Source: Acidimicrobiaceae bacterium (GTDB taxonomy: Bacteria; Actinomycetota; Acidimicrobiia; Acidimicrobiales; RAAP-2). Taken from it: a stretch of 64,000 nucleotides of DNA. Numbering within the stretch: position 1 is the stretch's first letter; each line of letters opens with the position of its first letter. Below the pieces are notes generated by a model. The model worked only from the letters and a program-made list of their open reading frames with translations. It was not told the DNA's origin and did not search any database. This document shows, one piece after another, positions 41,331 through 51,153 of the stretch. Location: the NCBI GenBank assembly GCA_003162475.1, contig PMOI01000012.1, forward strand, positions 30,380 to 94,379. The letters run 5' to 3'. Made by a program: the position numbers and the translations under genes.

Positions 41331-42471
41331 GGGAGTACGCCGTCCCGCGTGGGCGGAGATTTCGGCCTCGGCCATTGCCCACAACGTCCGCGCGTTGAAG
41401 TCCGTCATTGGTGACGCGTCGCTCTGCGCCGTCGTGAAGGCCAACGGCTACGGGCACGGCGCGCCCTTGGCCGCGACGGCCGCGCTCGACGGGGGAGCTG
41501 ACAGCCTCGCGGTAGCGATCGTCGACGAAGGGATCGAACTTCGCGGCGCGGGCGTGTCGACGCCGATACTGTTGCTCGCCGAGATTCCACCGGAAACGAT
41601 TCCCGACGCCCTGGCGAACGAACTGACCCTCACGATCGGCTCCTTTGAAGGCGCCCAGGCCGCCATCTCGTCGGCCGAGACGATCGGTGGACGACATCGC
41701 GTGCACCTGAAGGTCGACACCGGTATGCACCGCTTGGGCGTTGCGCCCGATGAAGTCGACGTCGTCGTCGACGCGCTCCTCGCCTCGCCGGCCATCGACC
41801 TCGAGGGTCTGTACACGCACTTCAGCGTGGCCGACGGATCGAGCGCCGAGGATCGAGCCTTTACGCGCGCGCAGATCAAGTCGTTCGACGGCGTGGTCGC
41901 GGCGTTGAGTGCTCGAGGCGTGTCGCCACGTGTCCTACACAGCGCGAACTCCGCTGGAGCGCTTGGCTACCCCGAGGCGCGTCGATCCATGGTTCGCGTG
42001 GGCTTATCGCTCTACGGGTATCTCCCGCAAGGGTGGCTCTCGGGCGCGCTCGAGGAGAAGAAGCAGAAACTCGAGGCAGCGCTGACCCTTCGCACGCAGG
42101 TCGTCGCGGTGCGACGCGTCGCCGCGGGCGAACGTCCGAGCTACGGGCGCAGCCGCGCGCTCGAACACGACGCCACGATTGCGACGGTGCCCTTCGGCTA
42201 CGCCGACGGCTACCCCCGTCGACTCTTCGAGGCCGGTGCCGACGTCTTGATCAACAAAAAGCGCTACCCGCTCGCGGGCAACGTGACGATGGATCAACTG
42301 CTCGTCGACGTGGGTGACGACGTGGTCGCTCTCGGCGACGACGTCGTCCTCCTCGGGCGTCAAGGTGGCGAAGTGATCTCGGCTGAGGACTGGGCCAACT
42401 GGGCCAACACCATCACCTGGGAGATCCTCTGCGGAATCGGGGCCCGCGTGCCGCGGGTACTCGTGGAGTGA
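41320..42471 (+). CDS. alr: Alanine racemase
   Basis: AVVKANGYGHG (PLP Lys), KVDTGMHRLG, SYG, GYADG, MDQ. Confidence 0.97.
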   Translation: MPVEGVRRPAWAEISASAIAHNVRALKSVIGDASLCAVVKANGYGHGAPLAATAALDGGADSLAVAIVDEGIELRGAGVSTPILLLAEIPPETIPDALANELTLTIGSFEGAQAAISSAETIGGRHRVHLKVDTGMHRLGVAPDEVDVVVDALLASPAIDLEGLYTHFSVADGSSAEDRAFTRAQIKSFDGVVAALSARGVSPRVLHSANSAGALGYPEARRSMVRVGLSLYGYLPQGWLSGALEEKKQKLEAALTLRTQVVAVRRVAAGERPSYGRSRALEHDATIATVPFGYADGYPRRLFEAGADVLINKKRYPLAGNVTMDQLLVDVGDDVVALGDDVVLLGRQGGEVISAEDWANWANTITWEILCGIGARVPRVLVE

Positions 42472-42474
42472 GTC

Positions 42475-43020
42475 GTGACGGAGTTCGAGGGGTTATCGAC
42501 GTGCGTGCGCTGTGGTCTGTCGGCCACGCGCCAGCGGGTCGTCATTGGCTCAGGGCCGCTGACGGCGCGACTCATGATCGTGGGTGAAGCGCCTGGTCGC
42601 ACTGAGGATGAGGGCGGTGCGCCGTTCATCGGGCGCAGTGGCAAATTGCTCTTCACGCTGCTGCACGAAGAGGTTGGCCTCACTCGAGAGGAGTGTTACG
42701 TCACGAACGTCGTCAAGTGCCGTCCGCCGGCGAACCGGACGCCAACGCCCAAGGAGATCGAGACGTGTCGACCGTGGCTCATTGAGCAGCTCGACCGGGT
42801 GTCGCCGCAATTCATCTTGACGCTCGGCAACACCGCGGGTCGCGCCATCTTCTCCTACCAGTCGGGAATTGGCCAGGTGCACGGACACGTCTTTCGCTCG
42901 GGTCAGATTCGAGGGGTTCCGACCTATCACCCGGCGGCGGCCCTGCGTGGTGGACCGAGCGTGGTCGACGTCATGCGCGGTGACCTCGGGGTCGTGCGAC
43001 GCTTGCTGGAGAGCGCGTGA
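42475..43020 (+). CDS. Uracil-DNA glycosylase family 4
   Basis: CxxC, GEAPG..ED..G.PF.GRSG, NVVKCRPP, TYHPAA. Confidence 0.93.
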   Translation: MTEFEGLSTCVRCGLSATRQRVVIGSGPLTARLMIVGEAPGRTEDEGGAPFIGRSGKLLFTLLHEEVGLTREECYVTNVVKCRPPANRTPTPKEIETCRPWLIEQLDRVSPQFILTLGNTAGRAIFSYQSGIGQVHGHVFRSGQIRGVPTYHPAAALRGGPSVVDVMRGDLGVVRRLLESA

Positions 43021-43496
43021 GTTGGCGACGATACTGCGCGACGGGCGAGGACACCAACGTGGCCGGTGAAGAGTTCGCGTTGGTCCTACGGCCAGGCGAC
43101 GTCATTTTGCTCTCGGGTCAACTGGGCGCCGGTAAGACAACGTTCGCGCAGGGCGTCGCGCGTGGACTTGGCGTCGTCGAGCGCGTCACCAGTCCGACGT
43201 TCACCATGGTCCGCGAACACGAGTGCCTGAACGATCGAGGTATCTCGAAGCTGCACCACGCCGACGTCTACCGGGTCGGAAGTCTCGACGAGGTGGTGGA
43301 CCTAGCGCTGGGCGAGTTGGTCGAGGAGTCCGCGGTCGCCCTCGTCGAGTGGGGGGAGATCGCGTCATCCGTCTTTGGTCTCGAGGTGATGAACGTCGAC
43401 TTCTCGATAGACGAGAACGAAGGGCGCGCGCTCGAGGTCACGGGCGCACTGACCAACGGCCGGAACTCGGAACTCGACGCTTGGACGGAGCAGTGA
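43017..43496 (+). CDS. tsaE: tRNA threonylcarbamoyladenosine biosynthesis ATPase
   Basis: GQLGAGKT, SPTF, H.DVYR, VEWGE. Confidence 0.97.
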   Translation: MSWRRYCATGEDTNVAGEEFALVLRPGDVILLSGQLGAGKTTFAQGVARGLGVVERVTSPTFTMVREHECLNDRGISKLHHADVYRVGSLDEVVDLALGELVEESAVALVEWGEIASSVFGLEVMNVDFSIDENEGRALEVTGALTNGRNSELDAWTEQ

Positions 43497-44173
43497 ACAT
43501 CCTCGCCATCGAGACCGCGACGCCCGCGTGCGCGATGGCGCTACGAACGAGCGACGGTGTGGAGCTTTCGTTCGTCGTCGACGATGAACGCCATCACACC
43601 GAAGCCCTGACGCCCGGGATTCGTGATCTTCTCATTCAGGCGGGTATCACACCGAAGGCCATCGATCGCGTGGTCGTCGATCGAGGACCCGGACTCTTTA
43701 CCGGACTTCGAGTGGGAATCGCGACCGCGATTGGCTTCGCTCTAGGCGCGAGCGCCGACCTCGTCGGCGTGACCTCGCTGGAACTCCTGGCCCACGGGGC
43801 GCTGCGTGGAGGCGTACGCGGCACGCTCGTCAGCGCCGTCGACGGTCGCCGTGGCGAAGTCTTCGTACAGACCTTCGAACTCGACGACGACGTCACGCCC
43901 GTGAGCGAGCCAATCGTGTCGATACCCCAGAGCGTGGCCGATGAGTGGACGAAGCGTGGTGACGCCGTGACGTTCACGGGCGACGGCGTCGCGCGCTACG
44001 AGACACTTTTCCTGCCACTCGCCGCCGGAGCGATCTTTGACCAACGAGTTCCTCCCGCGTTAGAGGCGCTGCGCCTCGGCCTCGATCGTCCCAAAGAGGC
44101 GCTGATCGTACCGTTGTACTTGCGAGAAGCGGACGCCGTGGCGAACTTTACGACACGCGAACGTTCCCAGTGA
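43493..44173 (+). CDS. tsaB: t6A biosynthesis protein TsaB
   Basis: ILAIETAT, GPGLFTGLRVG, P.YLR; start at the GTGA overlap with tsaE. Confidence 0.96.
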   Translation: MNILAIETATPACAMALRTSDGVELSFVVDDERHHTEALTPGIRDLLIQAGITPKAIDRVVVDRGPGLFTGLRVGIATAIGFALGASADLVGVTSLELLAHGALRGGVRGTLVSAVDGRRGEVFVQTFELDDDVTPVSEPIVSIPQSVADEWTKRGDAVTFTGDGVARYETLFLPLAAGAIFDQRVPPALEALRLGLDRPKEALIVPLYLREADAVANFTTRERSQ

Positions 44174-44619
44174 GTACGTGGACCATACGAGCGGCTGAGC
44201 GGCGTGACGTGCCCGAACTTCTCTCCATTGAGGTTGCACAGTTTCCTGAACCGTGGACGCGAACGATGTTGATCGACGAGATCTCGAACGTGGCGTCGCG
44301 CCGGTACACCGTCGCGATCGAGGACAAGACGATCGTCGGCTACCTGGGCGTCATGTACGTGATGGACGAACTGCACGTCAACACCATCGGCACGTTGCCC
44401 GGCCACGAGGGCCGCGGGATAGCGACGTCGTTGATGACCGAGGCGTGGGGCGTCGCGAAGGAACGAGGTGTTCAACGCGCCACGCTCGAAGTCGCCGTTT
44501 CCAATGCCCGAGCGCAAGAGCTCTACTTCCGCTTCGGATTCTCTCCGGTGGGGGTGCGAAAGAACTACTACGAGCGCACCAACGAAGACGCTCTCATCCT
44601 CTGGGCCGATCTCGCCTGA
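44170..44619 (+). CDS. rimI: Ribosomal protein N-acetyltransferase
   Basis: GRGIA, LEVAVSN..A..LY..FGF...RKNYY. Confidence 0.93.
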   Translation: MSTWTIRAAERRDVPELLSIEVAQFPEPWTRTMLIDEISNVASRRYTVAIEDKTIVGYLGVMYVMDELHVNTIGTLPGHEGRGIATSLMTEAWGVAKERGVQRATLEVAVSNARAQELYFRFGFSPVGVRKNYYERTNEDALILWADLA

Positions 44620-44649
44620 GCTCTATGACGCGCGCCCTACGCTGGCGTA

Positions 44650-45657
44650 GTGACGTTGGTCCTCGGCATTGAAACAAGTTGCGACGAAACGGCGGCCGCG
44701 GTCGTGGACGAGAACTTTCGCGTTCTCTCGTCGATTGTCGAGTCCTCGATCGACGAGCATCGCGCCTTTGGCGGGGTGGTGCCCGAACTGGCAGGTCGTG
44801 CGCACGTCACGACGATCGGCCCCGTCGTTCGCCGGGCTCTCGACGACGCCGGTCTCGACCCGAGTGAACCGGCGATCGCCGGTCTGGCCGTGACCAGTGG
44901 TCCGGGACTCATCGGATCGCTGTTGGTCGGGTTGTCGACGACGAAGGCGCTCTCGCTCGCCTGGGGTGTGCCGTACGTCGGGGTGAATCACCTCGAGGGT
45001 CATCTCTTCGCGCCACTCCTCGAGTCGAAGGATCTCGAGTGGCCCTTGATGACGCTGTTGGTGTCGGGAGGGCACAGTCTGATCGTTCGCCAGAGCGGAC
45101 CCGGTCAGCACGAAGTGCTGGGCGAGACCATCGACGACGCCGCCGGCGAGGCGTACGACAAGGTCGCGCGCTGGCTGGGACTCGGTTATCCCGGAGGACC
45201 AGAGATTGACCGGTTGGCCAAGGACGGTCTGGCCGACGCGTTGAAACTTCCCGTGTCCATGATCGGCGACGACTTCGACCTCTCTTTTTCGGGCCTGAAG
45301 ACCGCGGTGGTTCGCGCCACCGAAGCACATCGCGAGATCTCGCTCGAAGACGTCGCGGCGTCTTTCCAATCCGCGCTGTGCGAACAGTTACTACGAAAAC
45401 TTCGCCAGTCGCTAGAACGTTTCGAAGTGCGCGGCGTCGCGCTCGCGGGCGGCGTGGCGGCGAACTCGGCGCTTCGAGCGGGCGTGACGCAACTGGCGAA
45501 GGAGTTCGGCCTCGAGTGCCACTTACCCACGATGGCCATGTGCACCGACAACGCCGCCATGGTCGCCGCCGCGGGTCTCTTTCGACTCTCTTCTGGCGTG
45601 CCCAGTCAGTTGAACCTCTCGGCTCGTCCCAACTGGCAACTGGCGGACGTGACGTGA
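44650..45657 (+). CDS. tsaD: t6A synthase TsaD
   Basis: GIETSCDET, NHLEGH, LLVSGGH, DDAAGEAYDK, CTDNAAM. Confidence 0.99.
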   Translation: MTLVLGIETSCDETAAAVVDENFRVLSSIVESSIDEHRAFGGVVPELAGRAHVTTIGPVVRRALDDAGLDPSEPAIAGLAVTSGPGLIGSLLVGLSTTKALSLAWGVPYVGVNHLEGHLFAPLLESKDLEWPLMTLLVSGGHSLIVRQSGPGQHEVLGETIDDAAGEAYDKVARWLGLGYPGGPEIDRLAKDGLADALKLPVSMIGDDFDLSFSGLKTAVVRATEAHREISLEDVAASFQSALCEQLLRKLRQSLERFEVRGVALAGGVAANSALRAGVTQLAKEFGLECHLPTMAMCTDNAAMVAAAGLFRLSSGVPSQLNLSARPNWQLADVT

Positions 45658-46265
45658 GCGATCGTTGGGTGCCCCTGGACGTCGAAGACGTCGACGCGAA
45701 TCCCTTCACGCAGTTTCAGCGCTGGTTCGCCGACGCGCAGGGTTTGATGCTCGAGCCCGAAGCGGTTGCACTCGCAACGGCGACGCCCGACGGATCTCCG
45801 AGCCTTCGGATGGTGCTGCTTCGCCATCACGACGAGAGTTCCTTTGGCTGGTACACCAACTACGAATCGCGTAAAGGCGGACAGTTGGAGGCGAACCCTC
45901 GTGCGGCGATCCTCTGGTACTGCGAGCCCTTGGGTCGACAGATCCGCGTTGAGGGCGACGTCGAGAAGATGACGTCAGGTGAGTCCGACGCGTACTTTGC
46001 GACGCGCGCTCGAGGTAGCCAGCTCGGCGCGCACGCGAGCCGCCAAAGCCAGCCGTTGGATAGGCGCGCGACGCTCGAAGGTCGAGTCGAGATGTTGGCC
46101 GCGCAGTTCGAGGGTCGTGACGTTCCGCGACCCGAGTACTGGGGAGGGTACCGTCTTACGCCGACACGTTTCGAGTTCTGGCAACATCGCGACGACCGAC
46201 TCCACGATCGGGTCGTCTATCTTCACGACGAGTCGTCGTGGCGCCGCGAGCGTCAGTCGCCCTGA
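45654..46265 (+). CDS. pdxH: Pyridoxamine 5'-phosphate oxidase
   Basis: RMVLL, YTNYESRKG, RQIRVEG, WGGYRL, EFWQ...RLHDR; GTGA overlap with tsaD. Confidence 0.97.
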   Translation: MSDRWVPLDVEDVDANPFTQFQRWFADAQGLMLEPEAVALATATPDGSPSLRMVLLRHHDESSFGWYTNYESRKGGQLEANPRAAILWYCEPLGRQIRVEGDVEKMTSGESDAYFATRARGSQLGAHASRQSQPLDRRATLEGRVEMLAAQFEGRDVPRPEYWGGYRLTPTRFEFWQHRDDRLHDRVVYLHDESSWRRERQSP

Positions 46266-47470
46266 ACCTCGAGCGAGCGCGCTCGACGGCTGGTTCGTAA
46301 CTCGAGTGGGCCAATGACGAACACCGTCACTGTCGAGAACACACCGGCCAACTGAAAGACCGTCCTCGGTGAGAGTGTCGTGAGCAGCAGTCCACCAAGA
46401 GCCATCGAGCTGATCTCGGCGCTGGTGAACAGTGCGCCCGACGCGGCGAAGACCCGGCCGCGAAGTGACTCGGGCGTTTGAACGGCGAAGAGCGTCGAGA
46501 ACGCCACGTTCACGACGCCCACGGCGACACCCGTCGCCGCCATGAGAGGAAAGACGTAAGCCACGTGCTCCACGAGACCGACGGCGCCGATCAACACGCC
46601 GATCGCGGCGATAGCCAGCAGTGACGTGCTCACGAGCACGAGCGGATCTTGTCTGAGGCGTTTCGACGCGAGAGATCCCACTACCGAGCCGACGCCAAAA
46701 CTCGTTCCCGTGAGTCCGTAAAAGACGGCACTGGCGTGCAGCGTGCGCGTGATGAAAAAGACCTCGGCGACGTTGACGGCCCCGAGCGACAACATGAAGA
46801 CGGTCACCGTCACCATGACGGGACGCAGCATCGGATCGGTGAAGATGAGTCGCACGCCCGCGCCAAGGTCGCGCTCGGGCTTGGTCTCGTGCGTTTCTAG
46901 AACCTTGGGTCGTCGGTCGGTGCGAAGCAGGAATGTGCCGACCCCAGCGAGAAGAAAGCTGAGCGCGTCGAAGTAGAGGGGCCAGCTTTGACCGGTGGCT
47001 CCGACCAACAGGCCGCCGAGGGCCGGACCCGCGGTGAGGGCGACACCTTGGAACGACTGGATAGTGGACTGAGCGACGACGACGTTTTCTTCACCACTCA
47101 AGGTCGGCACGAGCGCCGAGTAGCCCGGCAGCGAGAAGGCGACGCCGCAGGTGAGAAGCGCCATCAGCACGACGGTCACGAAGTTCCCATGCCACACGCC
47201 AATGCTCGCGCAGACGGCGGCTTCAGCGAGACAGAGCAGTGAGAGGAAGGTCTTCGCCGGCACGTGGTCGACCACGTAGCCCGCGACGGGCGCGAGGGCC
47301 ACGAGTGGGAGGGCTGCCGCGATCGACAGCGCCGCGATCATCCAACCCTGGCCCCCGTGGGCGACGCGAAGATACAGCGTGATCAGGGCAATTGAGTCAC
47401 CAAGTACCGAAACGCCTCTCAAAAGAGCAAGGAGGCGAAGGTCGCGTCGCTGTACCGCGGACATGGACAT
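46253..47470 (-). CDS. MFS transporter (H+ antiporter/DHA3-like)
   Basis: About 12 TMs; AGPALGG..V, FDALSF, PESLRGRV. Confidence 0.88.
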   Translation of the reverse strand: MSMSAVQRRDLRLLALLRGVSVLGDSIALITLYLRVAHGGQGWMIAALSIAAALPLVALAPVAGYVVDHVPAKTFLSLLCLAEAAVCASIGVWHGNFVTVVLMALLTCGVAFSLPGYSALVPTLSGEENVVVAQSTIQSFQGVALTAGPALGGLLVGATGQSWPLYFDALSFLLAGVGTFLLRTDRRPKVLETHETKPERDLGAGVRLIFTDPMLRPVMVTVTVFMLSLGAVNVAEVFFITRTLHASAVFYGLTGTSFGVGSVVGSLASKRLRQDPLVLVSTSLLAIAAIGVLIGAVGLVEHVAYVFPLMAATGVAVGVVNVAFSTLFAVQTPESLRGRVFAASGALFTSAEISSMALGGLLLTTLSPRTVFQLAGVFSTVTVFVIGPLELRTSRRARSLEVQGD

Positions 47471-47501
47471 CGCCGAAGGTTAGAGCCGAAACGACGCTTC
47501 G

Positions 47502-47556
47502 TTGGCACTCGGTGCCGCTGGCTGCTAAATTGGCAGTCGCAAGTATCGAGTGCTAA
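47502..47556 (+). promoter_or_regulatory. Tandem CIRCE elements (HrcA operators)
   Basis: TTGGCACTC-N9-GGCTGCTAA (47502-47528) and TTGGCAGTC-N9-GAGTGCTAA (47530-47556), against consensus TTAGCACTC-N9-GAGTGCTAA. Confidence 0.92.
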
Positions 47557-47576
47557 TTGCTCAGGAGGCAAGAAGA

Positions 47577-47870
47577 ATGAAGTTGCACCCACTAGAAGAC
47601 CGCATCGTCGTTCGTCCCAACAGCGCTGAGGCCACCACGGCTTCGGGCCTGGTGATTCCCGACACCGCCAAAGAGAAGCCCCAGCAGGGCGAAGTGCTCG
47701 CTACGGGTCCAGGTCGTCGTACCGACTCCACCGGCGAGATCATCCCGACCGGCGTTTCGATTGGCGACACCGTCGTCTACTCGAAGTACGGCGGCACCGA
47801 GATCACCGTCGACGGTGAGGATCTGCTGATTCTCTCCAGCCGCGACGTCCTCGCGACCGTTACCAAGTAG
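47577..47870 (+). CDS. groES: Co-chaperonin GroES
   Basis: [31 protein letters not shown]; AGGAGG SD. Confidence 0.99.
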   Translation: MKLHPLEDRIVVRPNSAEATTASGLVIPDTAKEKPQQGEVLATGPGRRTDSTGEIIPTGVSIGDTVVYSKYGGTEITVDGEDLLILSSRDVLATVTK

Positions 47871-47873
47871 CCC

Positions 47874-49551
<1,678 letters not shown>

Positions 49552-49567
49552 CGAGCAGTAACGGATC

Positions 49568-49608
49568 AAGCAAAACAGCCGGGCCATTGGCCCGGCTGTT
49601 TTGCTTTT
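49568..49608. terminator. Intrinsic (probably bidirectional) terminator
   Basis: 19-bp perfect inverted repeat aagcaaaacagccgggcca / tggcccggctgttttgctt with A/T tracts on both sides. Confidence 0.9.
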
Positions 49609-49777
49609 CTTAGGGAGCTGCGCTGACGCGCGATGGTATTCTCCGAGCAGTCCTTCCCCGCGTCAGGGCTCGAAGAAGTGGCAACGTGACTTTCTTCCCT
49701 TTCGGTCAGAAGAGCGGGTGCCGCGGTGGTCGGACCGCACTACCAGGCTGCGTCTGGTCTGGAGCAGGAGGCGGGGC

Positions 49778-51148
49778 ATGGCCGAGAGCGGTCGCATGCT
49801 GGACCTCGGATTCACACCCGAGCGTCTCCCCGAGGGTACCCACGCGTGCTTCTTGTTCAGCGATGAGGTCGAACGGCGAAGCGTGATTTACCCCTTTGTC
49901 CGAGCTGGTCTCAAGGATCTCGAAGACGTCTACTACTACGCTGACGCGCTCGCCACCGAGCTTTTGGAGCGAGCACTTGATGAGCAAACGACAGCGTTAC
50001 TTTCACGCGATGAGCTCAGTCGGCTGAACGTGGCGAGTGCGATGGACATGTACTACCCGACCGGGGAGTTCGTGCCGCGGGCCACACTCGAGCTGTTACT
50101 ACAGCTCTACGAGCTGAGTCGTTCGAGCGACGCCCGGGGATGTCGGACGGTGGGAGAGATGGCGTGGGCGCTGCGCGGAGTTCCCGGCTCCGATCAACTC
50201 GTTGAATACGAGGCGTCTATTAACACGCTCGTCGACACGATCCCACTCAACGTTCTCTGCGAGTACGACACCGAGCAGTTCGATGGCGAGACGATCTTCG
50301 AGATTCTCTGCGTCCATCCCCTGATGGTCATTCGGGGCCAGATCATGCGCAATCCCTACTTCTTGCCGTCCGAAGAGGTCGTGGGCGGTGCTCACCACGT
50401 TCGACGCGCGCGCGAGAGCGTGTCCCAGGACAACGTTCTCGGTCGACTCCTCTTGGTTCAACTGATACTCGCCGAACTACCCGATGAACTTCGTATCGCC
50501 GAGTTCACTCGCGGGGCTCTCCTGCAAGTTCCCGGCGTACGCGACGTGCACGTGTGCATGACCGGCTGCGTCATCCCTTCCGGAGAGCAGTGGGAGTCGG
50601 TGCGTCAGCGCTGCGTGCAAGCGAAGACCGATCCCAACTCCCTCGACGTGTCGGCGATCGAGCGAGAAACGGGAACGTCCGTCCTTCTCGTGCGAACGAC
50701 CGCACGCCTTTTCGGCGTGGTACTGGTCGACGTCGACGACCCCGCGTTGTTCTCCCCCTATCAGGATTTTCTCGTCAACATCGCCAACGCCATCGCCATG
50801 GCGCTCGAAGCGAAGCGGGGTCAGGTCGAGTTACGAGCGTGGCCCGAGCGGGTGGCGAATCTCGAGCGACGACTCTGGCGCATCGCGCGTGAGTTCGAGG
50901 GCACCGGCGTGCTCGCGGGCGCCACCACGCCCGATCCCTACGACTTGCCCGGCGTCGCCGAGCTGTCGCCACGGCAATGGGAGGTCCTTACGAGGCTGTT
51001 ACAAGGTGAACGGGTGCCGCGCATCGCCGAGGGCTTGTTCCTCAGCCAAAGTACGATCCGTAACCACCTCGCCGACATCTTCAAGAAACTTGGCGTGCAC
51101 TCCCAGGAAGAGCTTCTCGACTTGTTTCGTGGTGCCAGAGGCGAATAG
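49778..51148 (+). CDS. MEDS domain - GAF-like - LuxR HTH regulator
   Basis: H.C..F...F..AGL, R.VGEMAWAL, EYEA.IN, LCEYD...F, HP (MEDS-like); C-terminal LSPRQWEVL...LFLSQSTIRNHL..IFKKLGV; GGAGG SD. Confidence 0.8.
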   Translation: MAESGRMLDLGFTPERLPEGTHACFLFSDEVERRSVIYPFVRAGLKDLEDVYYYADALATELLERALDEQTTALLSRDELSRLNVASAMDMYYPTGEFVPRATLELLLQLYELSRSSDARGCRTVGEMAWALRGVPGSDQLVEYEASINTLVDTIPLNVLCEYDTEQFDGETIFEILCVHPLMVIRGQIMRNPYFLPSEEVVGGAHHVRRARESVSQDNVLGRLLLVQLILAELPDELRIAEFTRGALLQVPGVRDVHVCMTGCVIPSGEQWESVRQRCVQAKTDPNSLDVSAIERETGTSVLLVRTTARLFGVVLVDVDDPALFSPYQDFLVNIANAIAMALEAKRGQVELRAWPERVANLERRLWRIAREFEGTGVLAGATTPDPYDLPGVAELSPRQWEVLTRLLQGERVPRIAEGLFLSQSTIRNHLADIFKKLGVHSQEELLDLFRGARGE

Positions 51149-51153
51149 CGGTA

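Noticed and set aside
43223-43492. Long N-terminal extensions in the ORF track (tsaB, pdxH 45378, dprE2 61561, Nudix 53268, rpsL 4084, MEDS-LuxR 49601)
   Set aside because: They overlap upstream genes or promoters and are non-homologous. Downstream starts with an SD or stop/start overlap fit better.
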